Both the position numbers and the translations under genes were made by a program. A stretch of 63,870 bases of DNA, counting the filler, from Octopus bimaculoides (Eukaryota), in assembly GCF_001194135.2 (NCBI RefSeq). It is 4 parts of 3 records of this genome, joined end to end, with 100 filler letters (N's around TTAATTAATTAA, not from the genome) between each part and the next. Parts side by side here need not be neighbours in the genome. Positions count along the whole stretch, not along the records: positions 30,295 to 47,295 come from NC_068982.1; positions 47,396 to 62,232 come from NC_068993.1; 2 more parts are not named here. One strand, given 5' to 3'. Shown here piece by piece: positions 37,172-49,715 of the stretch (the first letter of the stretch is position 1; every line of letters begins with the position of its first letter). Below the pieces are notes generated by a model. The model saw only the letters and a list, made by a program, of their open reading frames with translations, was not told the DNA's origin and ran no database searches.

Positions 37172-37920
37172 AGGTACATATATATATATACATATACTGC
37201 ATACATATATGCAAACATACATACATGCATATCGTAGATACTGACATTTATGAAAACGTTGTAAAGCTGTTAAGTGTGAGGGGATGGATATGGAAAAATA
37301 TAGTTTACCTCTCCTGTATCAATGTAATTTCCAAACCAAATGTAGCAATTAATTATGTCTCAAATGTTTAGCGTAAACTCAAATTATTCCTCAGTTCAGC
37401 AGTATTTACCAGTATAACATGGAGCTGGCTTGCCATAATTCTTGTGCATTAACTATTTAGGAATGCTTCCCATTAATAATTAACATATCGTCTTTCAAAC
37501 TTTTAGAACGTTTTAAATTTATACCTAATTACGTTGTAATTCGTTTGGCGGTGTGATCATTAGTCATTTCAAATAAACTAATTGCCTCCTTATAACACAT
37601 GGAGAGCATGCAACTAACTAATATTATCTATAGTTTGAGAAATAATTTTCTAAGAAGTGTATTTGTGTCTGAATCATTAACTGTATAACACCGAGATGTT
37701 AGATCACAACTCTCCGTGTCACAGCACCTAAATGAAGCAGTAAATTTGTGTTACTTTCTGTCTGTACATTTCAGTTAAAGCTAATATGTGTGTAAAATGA
37801 GTAGATAGGTTGAAATTATCAAGAAGGTTAAAAAAGAAAAGAAGCTATTTTGATTATGCTCGCAAATATATTTTGCTCAATACTTCTATCATTCTTTTTT
37901 TTCCCATCTATCTAACAAAG

Positions 37921-37973
<53 letters not shown>

Positions 37974-38052
37974 TGTATATGTGTGTATTTGTATTCGTAC
38001 ATACCTATATCTTCATTTACTTTCATCTATCGATCGATCGACACGTAAATAG

Positions 38053-38064
38053 ATAGAGAAAGAT

Positions 38065-38152
<88 letters not shown>
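38053..38152. repeat. (GATA)n microsatellite, one example of very many (TA)n, (CA)n, (AAT)n, (CAT)n, (TAG)n and (TATG)n tracts
   Basis: About 22 consecutive gata units. Confidence 0.95.
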
Positions 38153-38153
<1 letters not shown>

Positions 38154-38259
38154 AGGGCTCTGACACTTCACACGTGGAACAAAAGTACCACATCTCAGAT
38201 TCATTGCATTCAGAGAGAAGATAACGTGTAGCACTAAGTGAAACACTTCTGACACCAGG

Positions 38260-40330
38260 CATATTGGACGTGGAAGTACATATGGCAGGTTACATGCAAC
38301 GCAGAACTGACCGCGGAATGCGGAAACAAGGAGGTATAACGCGCTTTATCGGTGAAAATCTTCAAGAAATATCTTCCCCTCATTACTCCAGCACAGTGTA
38401 CGATACACTAACAATGCATGTGATTCATCTCAATTTGATAATAGGCATTATCTACCGTCCTCCTCGTGCGTGCAGCCATCAATAGAGATCACCGGAGGGA
38501 TGCCTTTGTCTTTCACAAATCAAACTTTACGTGAGGTCAGGTCCCAGGCCAGTGTACTTCTAGCAGATGACTTTGATTTTCCTATTCTCAGCTGGCTCGA
38601 GGGCTATATCCAGCCTGGAACTAAACAACTAAACAACTAAAGAGGAGGTATATGAACGTTTTCCTAAATACCGCTAGATATATTCTCGTGCAACAAGTCA
38701 TTACCTGTCCAACTAGGGAAAATAACATACTTCACCTAGTCTTTACCACCAATACAGTATTCAATCACAACGTTCAGTTAATTCCTACTATTTCTCACCG
38801 CTACTTTATACAAGTATTTGTATATGGTTCAAAGAGGGCAATGCACACAATGAGCATCAAAAATGAACCAGAAGTTTAGGAAGGCCAGGTGGAAGGAAAT
38901 CGAAACTGAAATCCTAGAAAAAATAATAATAATCCCATCACATTGGCAACCTCAGTATGAACGAGAGAATGTAGATTCTGTACGAAGAGTTGAACAAGAT
39001 CTGTCGAAAGTACGCCCCATATAAATAAGCACACCTATTCCCACAAGAACTTGATTCCACGAGATTGACGGATAGCAATACGTAACGGATCCAAACTATC
39101 AAAGCAACTAAAAAAAAGGCTAAACTCTTTCAACAGATGGGATTGCAAAACAAAGAGAATAAATCAAAAACACTGAATTGAACCTAGAAATGTCTTATGA
39201 AAAAGAAATTTCACTAAAGGAACACCAAGCATTGGAGAATATAATTCTAATTCTACGTTCGTTTTCCACTTTGTTAGACACAAATCATCTACACGTAAAC
39301 AGATGAGCCTTCTAATGAGCCAAAATAGATCATATACTAATGATTTAGCACAAATTCGCACATTCTTGTGTCAACAATATAACAGTGCATTTTCACAAAA
39401 TAGTACATAATCCAAACGAATTCTTTGATCCCTAGAATTCAACTGCAGAGAAACGTCTAGAAATTAATGATAATACGGAAGATGGTATACTTGCAACTAT
39501 TAATAACTTATATTCAAACTCGGTATCTCGACCAGTTACTCTCCCAGATATATCGTTAAAAACGTGCGAAAACAGCTTCTCCAAAACATTAGAGATGCTA
39601 TTTCAATGATCACTACATACTGACCATAATCCCAGAAGTACCCAAAGATGCAATAAGACCTTTACACAAATGAGGTAGCAGAGCTGAAACTGAAAATTAC
39701 ACACCTGCTTTTCTCACATTTCATGCGTCTAAAATCGTCGAGCACGTCCGAAAAAGAATAATCACATACCTTGAGAAAGACAATCTTTTACCTGATGCAC
39801 ATGATTTTCGAACCCAACGAACTTACCTTTCACAACTATTACAGCTCCATAGCACTACACTTAAATACTCTTAATTTTTCTAGAGCGTTTTACAGTATTG
39901 ATCATGTTATCATCGGTCGTAGGTTAAGGAATCTTGATATCATATGAAAACTCAGAGGATGGCTCTTTGACTTCTTACGAGATAAGAATCTGTTACAGCA
40001 AAAGGTTTTCTATCCGCCGAGTCTCCTGTAATAAGTGCTGTACCTCAGAGTACATTTCTAAGCTACTATTGTTTATCATCAGGCCATGTAATAAAGAAAT
40101 GAAACACGGGTAAGATATCTCATGTTGCATTCATTTCAAATTCGTTGCAAATATGATGCATGAAATATCAAAGAAAAGAACTGGTATGTCAGATTTTCTA
40201 AGAAGAGGCAGACTGATATTTTCTTATGAAGATACACTGTTACATAAAGCAGCATATGGCAATAACGTGAGGAGCCACATTCCTTTTGGTTGGACGAGTG
40301 AGATAAACATTGCTAGTTATTCCAAATTGT
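38260..40330 (+). mobile_element. Decayed CR1/L2/Jockey-type LINE ORF2 (APE endonuclease plus RT remnants)
   Basis: GG..FI, IIYRPP, L.DDFDFP, QVITCPTRENNILHLVFT (APE); KIVEHV.K.IITYLEKDNLLPD.HDFRTQRTYLSQL, F.RAFYSIDH, SAVPQST.L (RT). Confidence 0.85.
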
Positions 40331-41085
40331 CCTCAAGTGGACGAATATAGGGTTTGTTTAAAGTGGATTTACCTTTGGAGAACTGTTCCAAAATTACATT
40401 TATCAATCACCGTGACGGTCCATCTATACAGTGAAAAGTTACACGACTAGTTTGTGGACAGTTTATTATAATCGGACAATGAGAAAGACAAAATAATTGC
40501 ATAAATACGAATTGAGATGGTATCAGCTAAAACAATTGTATCTCGATATCCTTTAAAGACTTAATCTGAAAAATTTCTCCAAAATTACCAGTCACAAGTA
40601 GCCGTGCGTAGGAAAGATATTTACCTTAAATATCAACGACTTTGAATGAAACTCACATGCGAATGAAAAAGCAGGTCCTCCCTTATGGATAATTATATGT
40701 TGAATAATCATGTGTTGCAAGGCAGAACAATATATTTCTACCAACACTCAAAAGACAACAGAGAATGTTGATTTAATGAAGTCCCTGGTGGAGTACGATT
40801 TGTGTATGATTTACGAATAGTAAATGCCTGAATCTATATTTGAAATAATATATGTATTCGGATTTACATTATTTCATTTTCAAGTAAACTGATCGTCAAA
40901 TGAGGTTTTATAGAACAACACCAGATATTATTCGGTTATGTGTGTATAGTGTTAGGCGTGATTGTGTGTATGTGTTCGTTGTGTGTATGTGTTCGTTGTG
41001 TGTATGTGTTCGTTGTGTGAATGTGGTTGTTTATATTTTTGTGTGTGTATGTGTGTGCGCGTCGATGTTTATTCAGTGATTTGTA

Positions 41086-41191
<106 letters not shown>

Positions 41192-41194
41192 CGT

Positions 41195-41520
41195 GGTCGT
41201 CTTTGCCTTCCATCATTTCGGGGTCAATAAAAGAAGTACCAGTGAAACATTGCGGTAGATGTAATCGACTTATCCCCATCCCCGTAATTTCAGGACTTGT
41301 ACTTATAGTAGAAAGGATTATTATTGTAGTTGTTGTTGCTAAGACAGTAAGCTGGCAAAATCGTTAGCACGCAGGACGAAATGCTTAGCGGTATTTCGTT
41401 GATCGCTACGTTCTGAGTTCAAATTCCGCCGAGGTCGACTTGCCTTTCATTCTTTCGGGGGTCAATGCAACCGACGTAATTCCTTCCCCCATATTTGAGG
41501 CCTTGTGCTTCAAATAAAAA
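41195..41520 (+). mobile_element. 5'-truncated SINE A followed by a full SINE A, after a (CTT)n(ATT)n tract
   Basis: ctttgccttccatcatttcggggtc...tagtagaaagg(att)n, then aagacagtaagctggcaaaatcgttagcacg...gagttcaaattccgccgaggtcgac. Confidence 0.85.
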
Positions 41521-42951
41521 GAATTATCATCACCATCATCATCATCATCATCACCCTGCTTCAGTCATACTCATTATACTCATTATAGTAGGTAGCAGTA
41601 GCGGTAGGAGTTGTAGTATTAGGGGTAGTAGTAGTAGTAGTAATGGTGGTGGTGGTGGTGGTGGTGTTTAACTTTGTTATTCTCATTATTGCTTTGTTGA
41701 TTGTAGTTGTTATTTCTTTCTCCCACTTAGAATTTTTTTAAAACTCTTTTATTTTACAATAATCATGTAAATCTGTGCTACTACAAAACTAATTAACGTA
41801 CGTAATGAAACTTAGATGTAGCTGAAAAACAATATTGTCACCATCATCACCAATAATGCAATCAGTACCTACATTATCTTTATCATTACTAGTTTCTTCT
41901 CTATCAGCCACAACGTAATCAGTGCTAGCATCATCGCAAAAATCACAAGCATTTTATTACCATCATTCCTATCGTCCTCAATATCACCATCATCAGCACC
42001 AATAATGATTCTGTCAATGGAATAGACAATAAAACATCATAAGCAATGTTAGTTGTGACAATTAGAACACACTCTGCAATGATACTTTTACATTGTAGTT
42101 CGTGTTGCTAGAAATAGCAGTCAAAACTTTCTCTACCTTGCATGAATATGTTCTTCAGTTTCTGGCAAACGGGAAAAAATAACTGGACTGACACGTCTGA
42201 AATGCTCGCGGTCAAGGATTTACTCGATTAGGACACATAAGCAAGCTAAACAACAGAAACAATAAAAAAAAAATCTCTAAACAACCAATATAGTTTTCAA
42301 AATATACTAAATATATAAAGAAAGTAGAAAAATGTCTCATCGTAGTAAAAAAATTGTCAAAATAAAATTGAGGGTAGAGTTGAGTATATCACACGTATAG
42401 AAAACATATGGAAATAATCAATATTATCGATATTTCAACTAATGATAATCAGTTCAAGTAAATTACTTGCTCGAGTTATTGTTTCCTTATAATTCTTGAC
42501 GTTTTTTTCTCTGTTCGTTGTTATTTATGTTCTGTTACAATGTTTTACATTTCGCAGCTTTTGCGACTACATTCATTATCTTTATCAACATGAAAATGAA
42601 AAAAAAATAATAATACTGACTATATAATCCTCTGGTGCGGGAAGGGAATCAGCTATAATTGTACTTCTGTGCAGGAAACTTGACTGCAACTTGCATTCAG
42701 TTAAGATTTCAAATAATACACTGCTATCAGAATTTTGTTATATAATCTATAACTAGCTTAAAAATTACGATTTTAAAGCCATATTTTTTTTTTACGTAAA
42801 TGACATTGCGTTCGATATCTCAGAAGAAAAAAAACCCAAAACAAAGATGTAACTCGTATTTCCGATATTTAATACATACCCCTACACACCTACGCCTGCA
42901 TGCAAGAGCGCATTTAGGCATGTGTGTGCGTGTGCGTGTGCGTGTATTCAT

Positions 42952-43032
<81 letters not shown>

Positions 43033-43419
43033 TATATATATATTAGCAGCTAAACCCGATTTCATCCAGTATGTTTGGATGATGTGGCTGTGATCATTTT
43101 CGGTTAGGTGTAATCTATAACACCGTTTCTCAACCTTATCATTTCGGGTCCCTTGTTTCGATTGTAGCCTTCAGCTGTATGAAAATTTCCTGACTCCCCA
43201 CCTCTTGTCAGAAAACAGCTTCAAGAGTTCTGAAGAACGAATTTGTAAGTAGTCTGTTTCTGATAGCTATTCTGTTGGACCTCTGTCTAATCATTAAAAC
43301 ATTGATTTAATTATGAACATAGAAAGAAATCATACATTAATCTCTATTTTTGTAAGCAGTTGTATCCGTAAAAATATTTATTTGCAGAGAGCAGAAATTG
43401 GAAGAATATATATGAAATG

Positions 43420-43463
<44 letters not shown>

Positions 43464-44492
43464 CGTGCCTGTGTGCTTGCGCGTGTGTATGTGAGAGAGA
43501 AAGAGACTGAGAGAGAGAGAAAGAGACTGAGAAAGAGAGAAAGAGACTGAAAAAGAGAGTTAGATTGAGTGAAGGTATGTCGTGATGACTGACGTCTTTT
43601 AAGGTACACACACATAAATAGAAAATGTGTGGTCATCGCATAAAATTTTTACGATAGTTGATTTATGGGGAAAATCATGTTAAATTTTGGAAATTCAAAT
43701 ATGTGAATGANNNNNNNNNNAGTTGATTTATGGGGAAAATCATGTTAAATTTTGGAAATTCAAATATGTGAATGAAAATTAAGTTCAGAGCTCTACATGG
43801 TAGTTAGACCTTGTAGAAATAACAGCCTAATCTTCCTCAAAACACCCTACTGTCTTAATCCGACAATTCTGCCTATTATGTAGTTTCAATGAGAAACTGT
43901 AACTAAAGATTAAGATTATTAACTCCACTAAGAGGTGAAGGAAGAGAGACAGCAGGGCGAAAGTTTTGGCTGACTGTCATCCTGTACTCCCCTTGTTGCT
44001 AGTGAAACGGTATATGCTGGGTATGTGAGCAACTGGTTGTTTTAATGGCAGAACAAACAGGGGAATTCCATTAGAAACAGTTTTAATCAATTTTCTCGGT
44101 AACTGTGGGAGCGAAGAAAAAAATAGTAACCGGAACACAATATATGCACCTATCTCCACTTGTGTGCCATTTTTCACGCGAGTCCACCCACGTTTGGCTG
44201 TGAACGTCAATTCAAGAAAGACTACAACGATTGCGCATGTCCAATTTATATTATATATATATATAAATATATATNNNNNNNNNNNNNNNNNNNNNNNNNN
44301 NNNNNNNNNNNNNNNNNNNNNNNNNNNNNNNNNNNNNNNNNNNNNNNNNNNNNNNNNNNNNNNNNNNNNNNNNNNNNNNNNNNNNNNNNNNNNNNNNNNN
44401 NNNNNNNNNNNNNNNNNNNNNNNNNNNNNNNNNNNNNNNNNNNNNNNNNNNNNNNNNNNNNNNNNNNNNNNNNNNNNNNNNNNNNNNNNNNN

Positions 44493-44528
<36 letters not shown>

Positions 44529-44739
44529 GCATACTATACATACAGACATACGTATTTATATATACACTAGCTGCCTTTAGTTTACTGCTATTCTTGACTT
44601 CGTCATTGCGCTATATCAGTTGAATTAAATAAAGCTCACGTGCGCGTGCGCGTGCGCATGTGTGTGTATCTCTTAATGAGCTACAATGAGTCTACAATGA
44701 AGATATTATATTTTCATGGGTATAGTGATTGTGTCAACG

Positions 44740-45060
44740 ATACAAAAAAAATATGTTGCTGGGCCATTTGTCAAAGCATCAAGGGGTTCGTATAGTTTAT
44801 ATTCAATGGTTCATTTACATTGAAGTATGTCGTTGATTAAACAGTTTGGTGTGCTATCGAAATGATTGATCAGGAGGCAGTAGAAGAGCTGCCATCACTA
44901 CTGCTGCAACAACGACTTTAAATAGACTTTCATAGCCTAGACAGTAGTACGCCAGCATGTACTAATATTTTCAGGGCGTCCAAGCTGGATAAGATAACTA
45001 GAAGAGGAGCAGCCGATTAATTCAGTCTCTAAGAAAAGAAAGCACATTATCCATTCCACA
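44740..45060 (+). mobile_element. Possible Gypsy/Ty3 integrase relic
   Basis: Weak remnants GPFVKASRGSY, IEMIDQEAVE and FSGRPSWI resemble GPLP.S.G..Y, P+.DQEA.TVA and FG.P..I.TD in the expected order. Confidence 0.3.
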
Positions 45061-45124
45061 TGCTTTCACAAATTTCATCCTATTAAATAGTTGTAGGCTT
45101 TTGAACAATCAAAGGTATGCTAGA

Positions 45125-45660
45125 ATACAAATAATAAATGAGTATATGCATATATACGTACATGTATGTGCACACCTACATCTACCTGTATATATAGATG
45201 CATATCTGGATACATGACGTTGCAAACAAAACGTAGACAAAAACATAATAACCAGAGTACAGAAAACACACAGGCCACATATAGAACATTTTCCTTCAGG
45301 TACACACACATAAATAGAAAATGTGTGGTCATCGCATAAAATTTTTACGATAGTTGATTTATGGGGGAAATCATGTTAAATTTTGGAAATGCAAATATGT
45401 GAATGAAAATTAAGTTCAGAGCTCTACATGGTAGTTAGACCTTGTAGAAATAACAGCCTTGTAGAAATAACTGGAGTTTCGAAGAGTTAGGGCAGGACGC
45501 ATCGTTAAAATCGCTCTTCCCACGGACCACAAATTAAATTTGTCCCATGGAAGAATGTAGTGGCGGACAGAAAACAAGAAGGAAAACAAACGGAAAAGGC
45601 TATACGGCCAGACGTGGAAAATTATGTGCATATTGAACGCTACCCAAGTCATAATAAGGT
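45125..45660. repeat. Dispersed repeat Y, copy 2, interrupted by a segment at 45298-45459 duplicated from 43601-43828
   Basis: Direct alignment by eye to 29760-29970 on both sides of the insert. Confidence 0.7.
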
Positions 45661-46090
45661 AGATATGATTCTAACTTGTTAAACACATACCCAAATTCAC
45701 GTCCAAACCAATACAAAACTGAAAATAAATCGTAGATACAATTTGAAGAAAAACTTTTCTGTAATCAATAAAACCTTTCAGCTATTAGAGAATATATCTA
45801 TTGAGGTAAATTCAAGCAATTGATCGATTTTGAAAAGTACGTGAAACAAATCCGTGTTAATTCATTGAGACATTAACTGATGCAATGATATGATATATTT
45901 TATGAAAGTGCATCCATGTATCAGGTTAAAATAACATAGTTCAATCAACTGGAAATGAAAAATAGGAAATGAAGCATTCGTAATTAACTGGTTTCGTTAT
46001 CAAATGTCCATCATTATACAATATGTAAATACTGATTAATGAAAGAGTGCGTGTGCGAACTGATGATGTGAACACACACACACACACACA

Positions 46091-46129
<39 letters not shown>

Positions 46130-46247
46130 GAACGCACACACACACACAAACGCACATACAAACAAACACACACACACTCACTCACAGACGAGTGGGTGAT
46201 TGTATGTATTTAATATATGAATACCCTAATGGACATATATATATATG

Positions 46248-46303
<56 letters not shown>

Positions 46304-46459
46304 CATATTCATATATATATATATGTATATATATATATGTGTGTATATATGCATGTATATATATATATATATGTGTGTGTGTGTATGTGTGTATATATAT
46401 TTAGTATAACTATATATACTTAATTTTTTTTCTCCGTGTTTTTCTCCTTGTCTCCGTAT

Positions 46460-46496
46460 TCTTTCTGTTGAAGAGCGTAGCTCGAAACGTCAAAGA
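46460..46496 (+). ncRNA. Minimal type-I hammerhead-like motif with palindromic helix III and a variant CUGUUGA core, in a Penelope-like terminal repeat (about 46430-46600)
   Basis: tcttt-CTGTTGA-a-GAGC-gta-GCTC-GAAA-CG-TC-aaaga: helix I tcttt/aaaga, helix II GAGC/GCTC, ACGT palindrome, GUC cleavage triplet ending at 46491. Confidence 0.6.
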
Positions 46497-46611
46497 CTTT
46501 CCGTATTCCCGAGCGTCATACTAATATATACTTTTGTTATTTACACCACCTGTCCTCGTCTGTTGTTATTTTTTGTATATTCTCCCATATATATACTTAA
46601 TTATATATATA

Positions 46612-47259
46612 ATTGGTTGTTCGAGTGGCACGGGCGCTTCAAAGGTGGAAGAACGTCACTGGAAGATGACGAGCGATTTGGAAGAACTACCACGAGACTC
46701 ACCCCCAAAAATGTGTATTGTGCATCGATGATTTGTCCCCCAGGATCAGACCGCAAATCGAAAGTTCTACTGCCACGTTTTGAAGTGTTTGATGGAGGAC
46801 ATTCAGTGAAAGCGACCGGATCTGTGGAGGGCGAAGAGGTGGATTCTTCATGGTGACAATGCAACCTGTCGCCAATCTCTCCTCACTCGTGAGTTTCTCG
46901 CTTACACATCCACTCTATATTCACTATATTTCTTTCAGTACTATATTCACTATATTTCTTTCAGTACTATATTCACTATATTTCTTTCAGTACTATATTC
47001 ACATCTTCCAAATTCCATCTATTTCCTCAATATGAAAATGCATCTGAAAATCGTTCGTGTTAACACCGTTATCGAGATCGAGAGCCACTCGCAGAAGATC
47101 CTCACCTGCAGAAAAGTAATTCCAGGTCAGATTCTAAAAGTGGTAGGATCTTTGGGACAGGTGTATCACTGCGCAAGGTGACTATTTGGAAGATGATGTT
47201 AAAACGTAGGCGAATAAGTTATATTAAACATAAACAGTCCGTAAACGTTGTGATACCTC

Positions 47260-47265
<6 letters not shown>
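46612..47265 (+). mobile_element. Internally deleted mariner transposase relic
   Basis: WLFEWHGRFKGGRTSLEDDERFGR (N-terminal); P.DQTAN..FY..VL.....KRPDLWR.K.WILHGDNA (catalytic region); DLWDRCITAQGDYLEDD (C-terminal), then a TIR-like end. A 26-bp x3 tandem repeat lies inside. Confidence 0.85.
46915..47003. repeat. 26-bp tandem repeat, about 3.4 copies
   Basis: (ctatattcactatatttctttcagta)x3 plus a partial unit. Confidence 0.9.
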
Positions 47266-47295
<30 letters not shown>

Positions 47296-47519
47296 NNNNN
47301 NNNNNNNNNNNNNNNNNNNNNNNNNNNNNNNNNNNNNNNTTAATTAATTAANNNNNNNNNNNNNNNNNNNNNNNNNNNNNNNNNNNNNNNNNNNNGGGGA
47401 GTAACGACAGACAGGGGTTGGATAGAGGAGAGAGGAAGGAGGGAGAAAGAGAGAGAGAGGCAGAAGGAAACACAGAGAGATGTAATAAAGTATAGAGGAG
47501 AGAGAGAGAGAGAGAGAAA

Positions 47520-48295
47520 ACTTGTTTTTCACTTGTTTCAATCGTAAGACTGCGGCCATGCTGGAGCACCATCTTGGAGAGTTTTAGTTGAACGAATTGT
47601 CCTCAGTGCTAATTTTTTTTAAAGCCCGGTACTTATTCTATTGGTCTCTTTTGCCGAACCACTAAGTCATGGGGATGTAAACACACCAACACCAGTCGTC
47701 AAGCAGTGGTGGGGGTGACAAACACATACACACACCCACATCTGATGAGTAGATAGGGAGAAAATTATCCTAGTGGGTACCATACAAGCACTCAGTTATA
47801 TTACCGAGTTGTAGGGATGCGGTATCTTGTTATGCAAACATGATATAGAATTAAGTCTATTAAATGTTTTTATGAGTCAATACTGTGTTCTTCTGTGTTA
47901 GCAGTGCACTTTACATCACTTGTTAATGCAAATGGCACCCATGCTGGTGGCACGTTAAAACAACCACTCTTGGAGTGGTTGGTGTTAGGAAGGGCATCCA
48001 GCCGTGGAAAAACCATCCCAAAGCAGACTGGAGCCTGGCGCAACCCTCTAGAGTGCCAGCCCAGTCAAACCGTCCAACCCATGCCAGCATGGACAATGGA
48101 CGTTAAATGATGATGATGATGATGATATATAAATATATATGTGACAGGCTTCTTTCAGTTTCCATGTACCAGATTCACTCACAAGGCTTTGGTTGGCCCA
48201 AGGGTATAATAGAAAACACTTGCCCATGGTGCTATGTAGTGAAACTGAACCTGGAACCATGTGGTTGAGAAGCAAAATTCTTACCACACAGTCAA
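47520..48295. mobile_element. SINE cluster: B 3' half (-, 47520-47735), C (+, 47935-48125), B 5' half (-, 48140-48295)
   Basis: Direct similarity to the family B and C copies elsewhere in the window. Confidence 0.82.
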
Positions 48296-48353
48296 GCTGA
48301 AGAAAAGGGATACAAAAAGTCTGAGGAAGAGAGAGAGAGAATGAAAGAAGCAG

Positions 48354-48404
<51 letters not shown>

Positions 48405-49120
48405 TTAATGGTGGTGGGTGGGTTACAAAGGGACCCCTTCTCACAAAGAAAAAAAAACAAATTACAGAGTTAGGCATTGTTAAACCTCAGTGTAGGGGGT
48501 TTAAAACAGGTTTGTAGGAAGAGGACACAAGGATGATAGAAGATCTAATCCCACTGGATCCATTGTGGCTCTTGTTGGAGTCCACAAAGTTCAGGGAATA
48601 GAAAGGCACAAAAATGGTAAAATAAACAAATAAGTACTGGGGTGGTTGTGGTTTTGGAGATCAGAGAAACAAAAAAAAAAAAAAAAAAAANNNNNNNNNN
48701 NNNNNNNNNNNNNNNNNNNNNNNNNNNNNNNNNNNNNNNNNNNNNNNNNNNNNNNNNNNNNNNNNNNNNNNNNNNNNNNNNNNNNNNNNNNNNNNNNNNN
48801 NNNNNNNNNNNNNNNNNNNNNNNNNNNNNNNNNNNNNNNNNNNNNNNNNNNNNNNNNNNNNNNNNNNNNNNNNNNNNNNNNNNNNNNNNNNNNNNNNNNN
48901 NNNNNNNNNNNNNNNNNNNNNNNNNNNNNNNNNNNNNNNNNNNNNNNNNNNNNNNNNNNNNNNNNNNNNNNNNNNNNNNNNNNNNNNNNNNNNNNNNNNN
49001 NNNNNNNNNNNNNNNNNNNNNNNNNNNNNNNNNNNNNNNNNNNNNNNNNNNNNNNNNNNNNNNNNNNNNNNNNNNNNNNNNNNNNNNNNNNNGGGGTGGG
49101 GGTAGATGACCATCACTGAC

Positions 49121-49203
49121 CTCTTTCTGTGAATACAGGGATTTTGCCACAATGTCCAACAACTTCCTGGTTTCTGCCTGGAACTCATGTTTGTCACCGG
49201 AAC
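49121..49203 (-). CDS. TRAP1: Internal coding exon of TRAP1 (mitochondrial Hsp90/HSP75), start of the N-terminal ATPase domain
   Basis: Minus strand reads ttttccag|GT TCC GGT GAC AAA CAT GAG TTC CAG GCA GAA ACC AGG AAG TTG TTG GAC ATT GTG GCA AAA TCC CTG TAT TCA CAG AAA GAG|gtcagt, i.e. (G)[27 protein letters not shown]. This is the TRAP1-type motif (HEFQAET.KLLDIVA.SLYS.KEV), unlike cytosolic Hsp90 (FQAEIAQLMSLIIN) or GRP94. Canonical AG/GT, 83 nt, phase 1 to phase 0. Confidence 0.93.
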
Positions 49204-49229
49204 CTGGAAAAGTGGTAAGAACAACAGAA

Positions 49230-49278
<49 letters not shown>

Positions 49279-49666
49279 TAATAATAATAATGATAATAAT
49301 AATAATAATGATAATAATAATAATAATAATAGTAATAATAATAAGAAGAACAACAACAAATCTAGATACAATAGGTGCATGTGATAAAAAAGACAGGATG
49401 GTCACAGTTGGAGCGTCTGTGATCATAGGTGTGCTTGATTAAGGCAGACTCAGAATTAAATATCATCATCATCAGCGACAGTAACCACCATCATCATCAA
49501 CAATATGAAACAGTGTGTGTGTGTGTGTGAAGGTATTGTATGTGTGTGTTTATGAAGGTAATGTATGTGTGTGTGTGTGTGTGTGTGTGCGTGTTCATGA
49601 AGGCAGTGTGTGTTTGTGAAGGTATTGTGTGTGTTCGCAACAATAGTACGTGTGCATTCGTATGAA

Positions 49667-49715
<49 letters not shown>

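Noticed and set aside
43656-43775. 55-bp tandem duplication
   Set aside because: Identical copies flank a 10-N gap, so an assembly overlap artefact.
45470-45540. Hammerhead-like gaagag...ctcttc-GAAAC on the minus strand
   Set aside because: The 6-bp stem is not preceded by a CUGANGA-like core in register, and there is no helix I.
48545-49426. 293-aa ORF as a whole protein
   Set aside because: Only the 83-nt TRAP1 exon is real; the rest is (ATT)n, intron and gap.
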